A stretch of DNA of 64,000 nt from Octopus vulgaris (taxonomy: Eukaryota), in the NCBI GenBank assembly GCA_951406725.2, contig OX597818.1:34782001-34846000 (forward strand), in the 5' to 3' direction. Made by a program: the position numbers and the translations under genes. The notes under the pieces were generated by a model, which was not told where the DNA came from, did not search any database, and worked only from the letters and a program-made list of their open reading frames with translations. Below, piece by piece: positions 37,347 through 52,288 of this stretch (within the stretch, counting starts at the first letter, position 1; each line of letters starts with the position of its first letter).

Positions 37347-38665
37347 ATTCACTTCTACTTGTCCTAGTATTGTATATCATTGATCTGTTACATGAGAGAA
37401 TTTTTTGTGGGAATTTTTTTTTCCATTTATTTATATTGCTTCAAAATTTTCTGAAACTTTTCAGTCCATTGTTTCATTGGGTAAAGAGACATTCTCTGAG
37501 ATAGGGTGTACCCTTCTCTGAGATAGCAGTGTACCCTTCTTTTTTTTTTTTTTTTTCTTAAGCTAGTTAAGTTTGATTTGAGAGGGAATTGGCCTCTTCT
37601 TTTAGCAGGATGAGCAACCATATAGTCTCCCTTGTTAGCATGTCTATTATTGTTGAGATTCATGGTAGCTTTGATTAAGCATTCAAACTATGCAGTCTTT
37701 TTCGGAATAGCAACAACTGCATTGTCCAGTGTGGGTTTTAAAGACAATACAATATGATCTGAGGGAGATTTGTCTAGTTTTCTAGCAGGTTAAGTGACTA
37801 TAGAGCAGTCATGGACAAATTGTGCCCAATAAGACTTTCTGAATGGCATGCCTAATGGGAAATTACTTTGAATCTATTTTAGTAGTGTGGCCTGCCTGAT
37901 GATGAGTCACGTTTCATGCAGTATGCTTTTTGGAAAAGGTTGCCTATACTTCATACAAAGGCCACTTCATTGGTTCTTCAGTTTAAATTTAATATAAATG
38001 TCAAATGTCTTGATATAGTAAGATGTCTGTAAAGTGGAACCATGACTGCCTTTGATTCACAGAACTGTCTTCTTTTACTCACAAAGTATGGAAAAAATCC
38101 ATTAAAAAAAAAAAAGAAAAAAACAATTTGATTAGACAGAGGACGATGGTGGTTTCACTGGCGAACTCCTTGTGTAAAATACGAAATCGACAGCTATATG
38201 TTGTAAGGGAGATAACTCTTCATGTACAAGTAAATATTGCACCCACTAATTTCCTTCCTTTATTACTTGCTGCATGTAGATACACCAAAATAAGAAAACA
38301 GAATAAATGAATAAATAAAACAAAAATACGACCTATTGCAGGAGCTAATATGTTGTCAATTGACCTGCTAAAAATAGCAACCAAATTTCTCTCAAATTGT
38401 ACTTTGCTGTCTGAATATTGAAGGATACACTCTCTGGAAAAAAATGGAGTGTTTGGTAATAAAGCTGTTCCTTTAGGGCTACTTGAGCAAAACAGCTAAA
38501 ACGGGAATCTCAGATATAACTAACCTTAAAATACTCAGTAACATAACCATACCACATGAACATGTTAAGAATTATATTGGGAAGCATGCATAGAAAACAT
38601 AATTATCCTTTCTGCTACAGACACAAGACATGAAATTTTGGGGAAGATAATTTGTTGATCACAAA

Positions 38666-39050
38666 CTAGCAGTATCGCCCAGCGTTGCTCAGGTTTGTTT
38701 CGACCCTTTAAAATTGAAATTTTGCAAAGTAAAAATTTTGCATTATGTAGCTTGTTCTCTTTAAATGAACATTTTTCTAGTTGAAATACACCGAAAAATG
38801 GCGACACAGCAGTCAAAAAATCGTAAAAAATAGGGATTTTCACAGAAAAACAGCACCTTTTTGATGTAAATAATTTTTGGTGTTAACATGGTCCGATTTG
38901 AAGTTTTTCTTCTACGGAAGGAAGAGCAAGCCTTCTATCATACTCTCAATTTTGGTCAACTTGCGCCGCAGGGTCTCGGAGGAGATAGTGTTAGTTGAAG
39001 GCTACCAAACTTGCCATACACAGACAACTTCAGCTTTATATATAGAGAGA
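38666..39050 (-). mobile_element. Non-autonomous Helitron, 385 bp
   Basis: Minus strand A|TCTCTCTATATATAAAGCTGAAGTTGTCTGTG...CCTGAGCAACGCTGGG hairpin-like segment...CTGCTAG|T; inserted at an AT dinucleotide. Confidence 0.85.
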
Positions 39051-40502
39051 TTACATCAATAGTTCTCTCACGCAATGCAACTAAGATACTCAAAAGGAAA
39101 AGAGTCTCAGTTGGTTGCTGCAGCAAGCTTCATTCCACTCAGTTTCTGCTGTTACATGCATTGTCACCCTCCCCAAAAGAACCCAGAGTGCTACTGCAGT
39201 AACTTACTGAAAAATACAATCCATCTACCTCTCAGCACATACAAACATAAAAAAGAAGCATCTATACAGCAATAATAGTTGTAACAGCAATAATCTCATT
39301 AATCTGAAGTACTGTGCTGTGTGTCACTGTGCAGAGGAACTGCACCTAATGTGCCATAGTCTAACTGCATAGATACATTTTGTTTCTGTAAATGTAATAG
39401 AAAATATCTTTGTTATAGTTAATCTGGTTCACTAAAATGCTTCTTGGGTAAATAAATAAGTTCATTTGAGAAAATAAAAATTGAAGTTGAAAATGATATT
39501 TGTTTCTAATTTTATTGGTTTCAAATTTTGGTACAAGGCCAGCAGTTTTGTGGGAAGGTGTAAGTTAATTACATTGACTCTAGTGTTCAACTGATACTTA
39601 TTTTATCAATCCTGAATGGGTGAAAGACAAAATCAACCTCATTGGAATTTGAACTTAGGTCATGAAGATGGATGAAATGCCACTATTTTGCCTAGCATGC
39701 TAATGATTCTGCTAGCTCACCACCTTGTTAAGCTTGAAGTTATTGCTCTGTATTTCTTTAACTATTTCCTTTGAGAAGGAGAGCTAGTGCACATAGTATT
39801 TTCAGCACTATCTGTATCAGTGAACAGGGACAACTAAATGAATTAAGTACATAAAATTTTTTTATTCTGTAAGATTAAAATATGTTTATAATATTCATAA
39901 TCTGGCTTATATTTCGATTGTCGCCCTTACAAAAATTTAACTCTTCTATATCAAAATACTTATTAGGATTTAGAGACAGTAGCATTAGTAAGTTGTATGG
40001 GGGCCTGAGCTGTAACACTGCATCCACAATTTGTTAGTGATTCCCTACTCCTCATAGATGATACCTTTGCACTGCTCAGGTGACAACCCTCCAACCCGTG
40101 GATCTGCTTAGCTAGTCATTTCTGGAGTTTTACAAGGTTGGTGTGCAAATCCTAACTCAACCCCTTTCACTACCTTTTCTGATATGCAGAGAAACTTTGG
40201 GTCTATTCTATGGCATGCCAGTCACCACACAACATATATATGATTTTTTTTTCTTTTCTGTGTAGTTGTATAAAGCTTTTACTATTATTTTTTTTACATT
40301 GAAATGACTCCATGGAAGTTACTTATGAATAGTCTTCATATATTAAATTTATGTATTCTGCTGTCAAATAGAATATTAGCTTCTAAACTTTTCAAATTCA
40401 GTATCCTTAGATATCTGTTGAAAATCATGGAAGCAACTGTAAATTCCATCTGCAAAAATGGCTATTTCTGATTCTACTGAAGACTGTTTTGTTGCACATC
40501 AG

Positions 40503-41990
40503 TCATCATTATTATCATCATCATCATCATCATTTAACGTCCGTTTTTCCATGCTGGAATAGGTTGGATGGTTTTTTTAGGGCTGGTAAGCTGGAAGGCT
40601 GCACCAGACTTCTGTCTGATTTGGCATGGTTTTCCATGGTTGGATGCCCTTCCTAACGCCAGTCACTCTGAGTGTGTAATGGGTACTTTTATGTGCCACC
40701 AGCATGGATGCCAATTTGTATGACACCGGTATCTGTCACAACTTTGATTTTGCTTGGCTTGATGGGTCTTCTCAAGCACAATATAATGCCAAAGGTTTCA
40801 GTCATTGCCTCTGTGAGGCCCAACGCTTGAAAGGAACTGTGAGATCGTATGCTCGAAAGGTTCTTTACATGCCACCAGCATGGGTGCACTTGGCTTGATT
40901 GGTCCTCCCAAGCACAGCACATTTCCAAAGGTTTTGGTCACTAGTCATTGCCTCTGTGAGGCTCAAAGTTCAAAGATCATGCTTCACCACCTTGTTCCAT
41001 GTCTTTCTGGGTCTACCTCTACTACAGGTTCCCTCCACAGTTAGAGATCGGCACTTCTTTATGCAGCTGTTCTTTTCCATACACATCACATGACTATACC
41101 AGCACAGTCGTCTCTCTTGCACACTACACCTGATGCCTCTTATGCCTAACTTTTCTCTCAAGATGCTTACACTCTGTTGAACATGCACACTGACATTGCA
41201 CATCCAGTGAAACATACTGGCTTCCTTTCTTTCAAGCCTAACATGTCCTTGGCTGTCACAGCCCATGTTTCACTGCCATGCATCATAGCTGTTCGCACAC
41301 AGGCATCAAACAATCTGCCTTTCACTCTGAGAGAGAGAGCTCCTTTGTTGCCAGCAGGGGTAGGAGTTCTCTGAACCTTGTCCATCCTAATCTTATTCTC
41401 ACAGTTATGCTCTCGGTACATCCATCTCCACTTCCAGTAGATAGTTTCCATTAGGAAGTTATCTACTATCTCTAGCTTCCTGGCAGTTGATGGAGTCTGT
41501 TTTCTGCTCATTTTCATTGTTTATTGTACCTGTGCAATTTCTGCATACAAAAGCTAGTTGCTGCACCCTTTATGTGTCCAAAGCTTACACTGAGTGCATC
41601 TTATGCAGTTTCTACCTACACCTTTTCTACAGATTGAGTAAGGCCATCTACCTGAAGGGATTTATGATTTGTCTGCCTTCCTACTTACTATGACTTTAGT
41701 TTTTGCTAGGTTAACTCTAAAACCCTTTGATTCTAGACCTTGCTTCCATACCTGAAACTTCTTCTCTAGTTCAAGTTGTAATTCAGCTATAAGAGCAAGG
41801 TCATCAGCGTAGATGAGTTCCCAGGGGTAACCTGTCTTGAACTCCTCTGTTATTGCCTGGAGGACTATGATGAACAAGTGAACAAGAGGGGGCTGAGCAC
41901 CAATCCTTGGTGAACCCCTACTTGTACCCTGAATTCTTTGCTGTACTCATTGCCAACCCTCACCTTACTGGTAGCATCCCTGTACATGGT
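40503..41990 (-). mobile_element. 5'-truncated RTE LINE: RT C-terminal half, 3' UTR repeats and (GAT)n tail
   Basis: GVHQGLVLSPLL, FIIVLQAITEEFKTGYPWELIYADDLALIAE and ERRLCWYSHVMCM...GRPRKTWNKVVKHDL, followed in the same orientation by the tail module. Confidence 0.92.
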
Positions 41991-44564
41991 CATTATCCTT
42001 TGAAGGCGGGGGGGGCTGTTCTAGATTTTCAGTACTAGTTCTTGTGATTCCATTTAGATAAATTTGGTACTTAAATGAAGCAGGCCAATTAACTATATTG
42101 TTTCTTCATTTACGCACAAAATTTGTTTATATTGTTGAGTAGACTTTGTTAGCTGTACTTCAGTAGATCTAATTTGTGTTGGAAGCAAAGGTAAAGTAAA
42201 TATACGCAGTAAAGGCTTAACATCTGGAACCATATGAACTTTGTAGGAGGAAGGAATTGGAGATTATCCTAAATTGGAAGTGATGTACACAGCTGCATGT
42301 AGGCTGTTTACCAAATGAAAATTAGTAACTCAGTTTGTGATGTAGGCGATAAATATCCCACCTCCCCATCATCATTTTTTTCCTTTTTTCTTTTTTTTTT
42401 TGAAGCAGATGTGAATAACAAGAATAATATAATAGTAAGCTAATAAATAATTAATATTCAGCAAATTGGCTTAGTCTTTAAAATTGTGTTGCTGATCAAT
42501 AATACTTCAAAATGCATTAATTAAAAAACAACTAGTTCATTTCCAGCCATGGTTATGTGATTGAGAACTTTGCGTCCTGACCACGTGGTTTCAGGCTCAG
42601 TCGCTCTGCATGGTACTGTATATAAAATAACTTTTACTATAGCCATGACTGACCAAAACTTTCTAAGTAGATTTGGTTGATGGAAACAGATGAAGTGTGT
42701 CATGTGTGCATGTGTGTGTGTGTATGTATAGACAATGATTTCCAGCTGGTATCATTGGCTTGCAATCCACCCTAAGCATATCCAGGCTTCTTGTTTTCAC
42801 ATGCTGTTTGTTAACATTTGTTTAACAAATGGCTCCTTAAATGGTGTTCTTTATTTCTTGTTACCTGCATAAACCTTATCCAGATTATTAGTTGTTTAAT
42901 TGGCTGGGAGATTATTACCTCACTTGGAAATGAGTTAGTGACAGGAAAGATTTCCAGCTATAATAAAACTCTGCCTCAACACACTCATGTCTGACCTATG
43001 CAAGGAAAACTAGATATTAAAATGATGATGATAACATATAAGATCTTAACAAACTAAGTTGTCAGTTGATTTTTATTGAAGGTAAGATGTTCCCAAGCTA
43101 ATGTAAATGCCGTTTAGATGTTTCTCTTAATCTTTCTTTTCTACTTTGACCGAGACCAAGACCTTTGGCGTTATACTGTATTTGAGGAGATCTGTCAAAC
43201 CAAGTGAAATCGTGGTTGTGGCCGATACTAGTGTCACGTAACTGGTATTCATGCTGGTGGCATATAAAAAGCATCTTTCGAGTGTTAGGCCTCATGGAGG
43301 CAATGACGAATGTCCAAGATCTTTGGCATTATGCCATGCTTGAGAAGAAGACCCATCAAACCAAGTAAAACCGTAGTCATGACAGATACTGGTGTCATGC
43401 AAATGGCACCCATGCCAGTGGGACTTAAAAGCACCCATTGTACTCACAGTGTGGTTGCCATTTGGAAGGGCATCCAGCCATAGAAACCATGCCAAATCAG
43501 ACTGGAGTCTGGTGCAGCCTTCCAGCTTGCCAGCCCTGGTCAAACCGTCCAACGCATACCAGCATGGACAATGGACATTAAATGATGATGATGATGATGA
43601 TGCATTCACCATTAGTTCTCTATGTCTCATCTACTCATGCTACAATGATTCTTACCCCTCTAAATTAACAAACTGTGGTTCTCTGGGTGTCCCATACCCC
43701 CACCCTGCTTTTTCCACCTCTAATATGTTTTGCATTCTAAAACTATGTTCTAAAACTCTTCTTTTACCTCAATATTTCCCCTCCAAAACTGCAACCTTTT
43801 GTAAAATTTCCCTGTTTGACCTATAGATATCCCATGCTTTCTGTTTCTTGTTAAGAATCCATAGAAATAATCAAATATGTGACTGTACAAACTATAGTCT
43901 AGTTTAACATTTTGCTATATTATATAATTGGCTATGATAATCTAACATCATAGCTACCTTATTTATATATATATATATATTTGGGGAGAAGCTCAAAGAA
44001 ATATGAAAGTATGAATATTTTATTCCTAATCAAATCACTTTAGCTCTTGCTAAAACTTTATGCCTACAACATTCTAGAAAGTTATTCAGTCTCTTTTTCT
44101 AAAATAAGAACTTAAAGTTGTTTTGTCACCAACAAGCAAAATATTAATATCTTTGTATATTATCATTTGAAGAGATTAAAGGTCAATTGATATGAATTAT
44201 TAGATTCAACTTCAAAAAGTTTGAAATATGTCTCTAAATCTAATATGTTTAGAATGTCAGTTCTTTAATAATATTAAATGTCGGGCTAAATGCCATCATA
44301 TATAGGTTTATTTTTGTCAGTGTCATCATTGCTACTAGCATGGTCGTTGTCATCATCATCATTATTATTCTAATACCATTTTAGTAGTTGAGGTGAGCTG
44401 ATGTTGAGAAAAATTGCTAATATTATTGCAAGCTTTGTCATATATTTTTTTGTTAACAAACATAGTGCTACCTGTACAATTATACTATATTAAGAATTTG
44501 TTGTGGAGGTTTTTATCAGAAGCATTCTTTTACTCCTTCAATGTTCCATTTTTGTACTTTATAT

Positions 44565-44787
44565 TTGTTTCTTTATTACCCACAAGGGGCTAACATAGAG
44601 GGGACAAACAAAAGGATTAAGTCGATTACATCGACCCTAGTGTGTAACTGGCACTTAATTTATTGACCCCGAAAGGATGAAAGGCAAAGTCGACCTCGGC
44701 GGAATTTGAACTCAGAACGTAATGGCAGATGAAATACGGCTACGCATTTCGCCCAGCATGCTAACGATTCTGCCAGCTCGCCGCCTT
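44565..44787 (-). mobile_element. Nin/Deu-like SINE, young copy
   Basis: Near reverse complement of 62455-62685. Confidence 0.8.
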
Positions 44788-47700
44788 TTGTACTTTATAT
44801 TATTTCTTCAATGACATCAGCTTTTCTGTTTTGGAAGAAATAGTCTTTTGCAAAGGTTCTTAATTTATTTAGGATAGCACATGTATTTCCTGGTTAGTTA
44901 TTCTACCTTATCCTAGGACCAAAATAATAAGTTTGGAAAAGTGTTTTCCTATTTTGCTGTATATTAAAATCAAGTTTACACAATTTGCTGAAGTTTGTAC
45001 TTAGTGACATTTTTTCTAAATGCCTTTCTTTTCTAGAAGTCATATATTGAGTTTATTTACTAATTGTTTCACTGGGTTCACAGTATATTGCCTGTACCAA
45101 GGTTATAATTCTGGCTACTCATTAAGCCATGTATCTTCTTCTGAAGTACATATCTCTTATATCTAAAAGTGCAGTTATGGCAACTATCTACTTCATTTGG
45201 GCAAAATAAAGTATTCACTATAATAAATCTCTGAACGGGGGCTACAAGCTATAGCAACACCCACCCTTAGTGGTTAGCCATATTGAGATGGCAAGTATAC
45301 CTCACAAAGTATTCACAGTCTTCCTAACTCTATATTTCCCATTAAAAATAATTCAATTTAAAAAATCACCTTTTAATTTTGCCTCAAATTTACATCATAA
45401 AAAAGACAATGTAGCTGCCCTTTTATTTCTGTTATCCCTTCAAATATGTACTCATCAAAAACCTGCATTTTTAAAAGATTGTCATGGTGTCACAAAACCA
45501 ATATATAAAGAAAAGCATTGAATTGTTTGTACTCAATGATGCACAGTAATAATGGTTTCAAATTTTGCCTCAAGGGCAGCAGTTTTGGGGGAGGGGATGA
45601 GTTGATTTACATCGACCCCAGTCTTCAACTGGTACTTATTTTATCAACCCCGAAAAGGATGAAAGGCAAAGTCAACCTTGGTGGAATTTGAACTCAGAAT
45701 GGAGCAACGGGTGAAATACCGCTAAGCATTTCATCCAGCGTGCTAACGAATCTACCAGCTCTGCCTTAATGATTCACGGTAATAATGTTTCAATTCTCTG
45801 TCTTGCTACAGCAAATGTATTGTCTTGGAATAAGGCACATAACTCTGCTTAGCTCAGTTTGCCTAGCTCACAAAATGGTTGTTCAATTTTAGGTTGATGC
45901 TTTTCCTTGAAAATGGTATCGAGTTGTTCCCACATTGTGCAACTATCTGAATTTTCCAAAACATGGGGAAATGAATGTTGAGCAGCATGTCTTCATGTAT
46001 ACATACATAAATATGCTACAGACACACACACATGTATATATATGAATACACATTATGGATATGTATATACCTTAGAGCATCCAAGTGAGATGCAGGCTCT
46101 CTAGGTTATCTAGGAGGACAGTAACTGTGAAAAAGATCTGGCTCAAACTGTGTTGAACTGTCCAACCCATTTTAGCATGGAAAGTAAATGAAAGCACATC
46201 TCACTCACTCTCTCTCCAATACACACATATGTATGCATGCATGCATACGTCTGTACATATATACATACAACCGGTGGCACATAAAAAGCACCATCTGAAC
46301 GTTGCCAGCGCCGCCTTGGCTGGCTTCCGTGCCGCTGGCACGTTAAAAGCTCCAACCGATCGTGGCCAATGACGGACCCCCCCCTGGCACCTGTGCAGGT
46401 GGCACGTAAAAGCACCCACTACACTCGCGGAGTGGTTGGCGTTAGGAAGGGCATCCAGCCGTAGAAACTCTGCCAGATCAGACTGGAGCCTGGAGCAGCC
46501 CCTGGTTTCCCAGACGCCGGTCGAACCGTCCAACCTGGGCTAGCGCGGAAAACGGACGTTAAAGATGATGATGATGATGATGATGATGATACAACCCTTG
46601 TTTTCTTTATTGGATGAGGTTGTCTTTCATACACTGTAACTGAAAATGAATGGTCACAGCAATCTGCTTGATTTGGAGCTTAACAACAACAGTAACAGGA
46701 TGTGGCTTCTTTGAGGCTAATCTATGTATTCAGTTATGAGTCATCTCCAAATTTTCAACTGATCTCTAACTTTTTTTTTATTGTTTGTGTTCTGTGCTGT
46801 ATACATTTATCAAAATATTTATACACATTAGTCATTACTCTCACTGCTCCCATGACCATCAATCAAATATTTATTATTTTCTCATTAGTCTTCTAATCTT
46901 TGGTTAGTTCTCCTTCAGTTGATTCTCAGATCATGACGTGGGTTTTTTTTTTTACATCACACCATACTTGTAAAAATTTAATCATATTTCTTGTTATTGT
47001 AACAGAAATTGTTGTATCTAGAGCCGTTCTACTCTGATATTTATTTGCTTTAACTTCATAGCAGAAGATTGGGTGAATCATTAATTTGTCAGACAAAATG
47101 CTTTGTGGTATTTCTTCCATCCATTTACATACTGAGTTTCAGTTCCCACTGAGGTTCATCATCATCATCATTTAATGTCCACTTTTCATACTGGCGTAGG
47201 ATGGACGGCTTGACAAGAACTGGTAAGGCCAAGGGCTGCAGCAGGGTTCATAGTCTGTTTTGACTTGGTTTTAATGGCTGGATACCCTTCCTAATGCCAA
47301 CCACTCCACAGGTGGCACCAGTACCAGTGCTTTTTATGTCACCTTGGTCTTAGGATCTCAACTGTGTTGTGATGGGCAGGTCTTCTCAAATACAGCAGTG
47401 TGCCACATATCTCAGTCTTCTGTCATCTCCTTTGTAAGGTTCCATGTTTTCAGATCAGCCTTCAAAACTTCATTCATGCCTTCATGGGATGACCAGTCAA
47501 GCCCTTGAGTTGGGTAGAGGCTATCATCAACTGTCAAGATTATCAACTAACCCCATCCTCCTTAAAATTGCTGACCTTGTACCTAAATCAAAAACCATTA
47601 TTTTCTTTAACTTTCCAATCCAGCTGCTTTGAAGAATTTTTGGCTGATTATATTTGTAAGCGGTATTTCTGTAATACTGAAATTTTAGTAACCCATTTGT

Positions 47701-49139
47701 TTTGTTTGCTTAAACTTATGAATAATGCGGAAGCAACATGTGATGGAATTGATCTATTGCTAGGATATTATAAGGTATCTAAGAAACAAGATATGTCAAA
47801 GCACCTAACTATCATATTATTCTATGGACTTTAAGGAAGTAAGTGATTCTTAAATATCTTCGTAGTTAATAATTGTTAGTTGCTTCTTACAATCAGGTAA
47901 TGTCTGTTCTGTTTAATAATATTGTTGGCTTAGTAATAATGTAAAAAAAAAAAAAATTAAAGAAATTTTTTTCAGATTAATGCTAGTTTGTTTTGATTAG
48001 ATTTAAATTTCCCTACATTAAATAAGACTGACTTTTGGTTATTGTTAAAAAGTTGAGTCCTGGTAGGATTTGTCAAAAAGTGGGTTATAGTAAAAAAAAG
48101 AGAGAGAAAAGTTTTGAAAGAATAATAGAAAAAAAAAAATGGACTTTTATTTTTGTTACCATTCTATTTCTGTCTGCAAAACTTTTGCTTTTTAGTTTGA
48201 AACTAAAATTAATGAAAGAGGAAGATAAAATAAAACAAACCCTACATATAATGTCCTTTGTGATATTTTGTTTGGTTTTACTGATGAAAGTATATTTTTT
48301 TTTAAAATTAAGAAACAATAGAAATTTAATAAACAAATCATTACTATTGATAAAAGAGTTTTCAGTGTTTTGTATCCAGTTTCAATACTGTGGTCACTAG
48401 TTCAAAACAACTATTGTCTCTTCTTTTGGTGACATGTAAAGCATTAGAGAATGTAGGATTAAATTCTTTGCACTATTTTGTTATATCTATTTATATTCTG
48501 TGTTGAAATACCATTGGATTCAATAAAACAATTACTAGCAATGGTCATCAAGCTATAGAAACCATGCCAATGTAAACACTGGAGTACAATGCAGACCTTG
48601 AGCCCCTCAGATCCTGTCAAACTATACAACGTATGTCAGAATGGAACATGGACATTAAACGATGATTATGATGATGATGATGAATATACTGTAAGTCAGT
48701 TTGTTCCACTTTATGTAAGAATTCTGTATTATGGCAATGTGTTGGCAGATATGATGGGCTGTCAGATTAATTGTCTTATAGCATTTAGTTTTGCCTTGTT
48801 TACAAAAGTTTAAATACCGATGGATTGACTTTGTGCTTCAGCTCTTCAAAATTGATAAAATAGTAGTGTTGTCAATTTATTTAATGCCTCACTTTTGCAA
48901 AAGTTGGTATTGTGCCTAGTCAAAATAAATTATTTTTATTGTTGTTCTTCATTAATATAATAAGCAGAATATATATGAAAGAGTAAGTCTGTAGCTTTTA
49001 AACTTAAAGTTTGTAATAGTTATAACATTTTAAAATCTCTCTCAATAAAGAATTTAAATTCTTGCTATAGTGTAATCACCATCACCACCATCACCATTGC
49101 CATAATTTCTGCTACCACTATCATCAAAACCTTACCTAT

Positions 49140-49242
49140 AGTCACCATCCCCATCACAAATTCTATCACCATCCCCATCACGAATTCTATCACCATCCCC
49201 ATCACGAATTCTATCACCATCTCCATCACAAATTCTATCACA
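49140..49242. repeat. 24-bp tandem repeat (~4 copies) within an (ATC/ACC)-rich tract
   Basis: Units of atcaccatccccatcacRaattct. Confidence 0.9.
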
Positions 49243-50268
49243 ATATTACTGCTACTTTTATCACTATCTGCAACCAATATTACCTTCACCATTAGTTGCC
49301 CCTATCATTATCACCACTGTCAACAACACTGCTAACATCACAATAATTACTATTACCAGTATTGGCATCACCTTTTCCTCTCACCCTAAATAAAAAATTC
49401 CGTAAAATTTATGCAGCTTATGCTAATGTCAAGTGAACACAAAGAAAATAGGGTTTATTTATCAGTTCAGCATGGTACAAATAGCTAGATATGTAGAATA
49501 TACTACAACACTAAATGTAATAGTTGGCACTCAAAATAGTGTGTTTAATTGATTTATTAGATTTATCTTTCAAATCCTGCTGGAGTTAATTTTACCTTTC
49601 TTCCTTCTGGGGGTCAATAAATAAAGTGCCAATCAAGTACTGTGTCAGTCTCTTTCTCCCCACCCATCTCTTTCTTTTTCCACCTCTGAGTCAGCTACAC
49701 TGTTCTGTGAGGATGTCGTGGGAGACCATTCATAATGTTTTTCTCTCAAAGAAATACTGTAGGCTTGAGTTAGGGGCACGCAACTTCTACTCATTCAACT
49801 TGCTATAAAAACAGTCTAAAGAAACGAGAAAACAAGTGTGATCAGATTGATGTGTTGTATAGCAAAACAGTTTTTAAAAGAATGAAATATATTAAATTGT
49901 TAATTAGTTGATCTTAATGCAGTAGTAAAACAGTGTAACTCTTGTAATTTTAATATTTTTTCCCTCTTCCTTGCTAGTTTAGATAGGTTGAATTTGCTAT
50001 ATTGTATCACTTTGGAATTGTGAAAGAAAAAAAAATTGTATAAAACCATTTTTGTAATTATTTATTTTATATTTTATATATGAGTTTGCGAATGAGTAAG
50101 ACTGGTTACAAGTTTCCAATAAGCTAATTATTGCTTCATTGCAATTTTTTTAGTAAGAGAGACAAGGGAGTGTCTTTAGCTCAATACCCAACAAATATTG
50201 CCAGGAGTGTCATTCAGTTTCTTTTTTGTTTTATATTGTTTACCAATATATATATATATATGTATGTA

Positions 50269-50328
<60 letters not shown>

Positions 50329-51689
50329 CATACATACATATATATATATATACATATATGTTACGGACTTTTGCACGGTTTCTGTCTATCAAATTCCATT
50401 TGGTGTGTAATGGTCAACCCAGTGCACAAGGTTCTGTACAGTAGTATTGAACCTGCTACCACGTGTTTGCAAAGTGAGCTTCTTAACCATACAGCCATGC
50501 CTGCACACATACCTAGTTACCATAGTGATTATCTCGGTAGCTATCTTTTTCGAAAGGAGATTTTAAAACTCAGTCTATCCATATTCATAATACATATGAA
50601 GCTTTATTTGCTCTCGGGGGAAGAAAAATATAAAAGTATGTCAATCTACTATAATATAAAAATTATCTAAGTAATTTATTTATTAATAATATAGCAGGGC
50701 TTGACATGCTTAGATAGTTCATCCTTTTGTTTCCTCAGCTGGCTATTGTTAATATAGCTGCATTGTTTCATTTTTTTTTCTATTTTATCCACTTGCTGCA
50801 AGTCACTGTATAAAATTATTATTAAATCTCCAGCATTCTAGTACACTAAGCAAGTGGACGATAATAGGATAATCTGTAATTGGCTCTGTCATCTCTTGAT
50901 CAATATTTTCTATGACCAAACCCAGTTTAAGAAACATTCACATTGTGTGTATACCTACATTTGAACTTGAGCTCATTAACTGCTATACTTTTTTTTTTCT
51001 TTTGTCCAGCTACTAAGTTTAATTTGGTATTTCACTTTTTTTTTGTACTCTGTGTAGCGTGGTCTTGGTATTACATCACTGACTTTGTATGGCTTATTTT
51101 GAGGCTGTATTCAATTGTTTTCTCTATCATAACACCAAGGCCAAACTAAGTGAACACTAGAAGCAATTGTAAAAAAAAAAAAAGACTCCTGTCAATTTGT
51201 AAGACTGGGGAAAGATTTAACGCGTATCAATCAACCCCCACCTACCAGAGTGGCGGAGAGGAAAAAAAAAAAAAAGGAAGACGGAGAGAAATTTAATTAG
51301 TGAAGCTGTGGATTAAGAAAGCAAAGGATGTTAAGATTTGCTGTAAGATGTTACTGTTGTGAAAAAGTGAAACCTGTGATTTGGAATAACAAAAAGAAAT
51401 GCCTACTGACAGTTGCTAGAGCCTGCCTATTTACTTGATATTATTGCAATTGATGGTTGGTGTTTATCTGACCGTTTTCAACTGTAGTCCGTGATAATAC
51501 TGCTTGTTGCTAACTGTTTGTCTTCAGCGTGCCTGCCTCTTACTCTTTTACTTTGGAAATACTTTAGCCTCACTTTTCCTTTGTTTATTTTCATATTTAT
51601 TTTCTCCTGTTTCCTATTCAAAGAACACACTACTACCACCTTTCATACTGCCTGAATTCATTTTTATAAACTGATTTATAACATAACTC

Positions 51690-51722
<33 letters not shown>

Positions 51723-51731
51723 CTACAGATG

Positions 51732-51797
<66 letters not shown>

Positions 51798-51918
51798 TAA
51801 TCCAAACAAGAAAACACAAAAAAACACAACACGAGGACGTGGAACAAATATAGTATATATATAACAAATATATATAACAAATATATATATACTATATATA
51901 TATAACAAATATAGTATA

Positions 51919-51953
<35 letters not shown>

Positions 51954-52288
51954 ATACACACACACATACATACTATATATTTTGCTCACTCTTTCTTTCT
52001 GCTTCATCATTCCTCCCCCATTTGTTACTATCATATCTAATTAAAATACACACTGTTTAAAACCGAAGCATACACCTAGTGCCATAGACCTACCTATACC
52101 ATGTGTCTCCATCACTAAAACTGAGCTGATTTATATACAGTTCATTGCTTCATTGTTACAAGCTGGAAATACAGAGAGTTTACTATTACAGCTGGCTTTC
52201 CAGTGTATTCAATCCATTAACAACAGCTTGCTCACTGGGTTGAGGATAAATTACACTGCTATAGCAACAGTCAACTTCCTGGCGGAGT

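Noticed and set aside
37890-37925. Other CTGANGA hammerhead-core hits (37897, 30414 on -, 56586 on -, 20787)
   Set aside because: None has a helix II followed by GAAA and a closing helix I/III.
37807-37952. Possible hAT MITE (cagtcatggacaaa...aaggttgcctatact)
   Set aside because: The TIRs and TSD are too degenerate to call.
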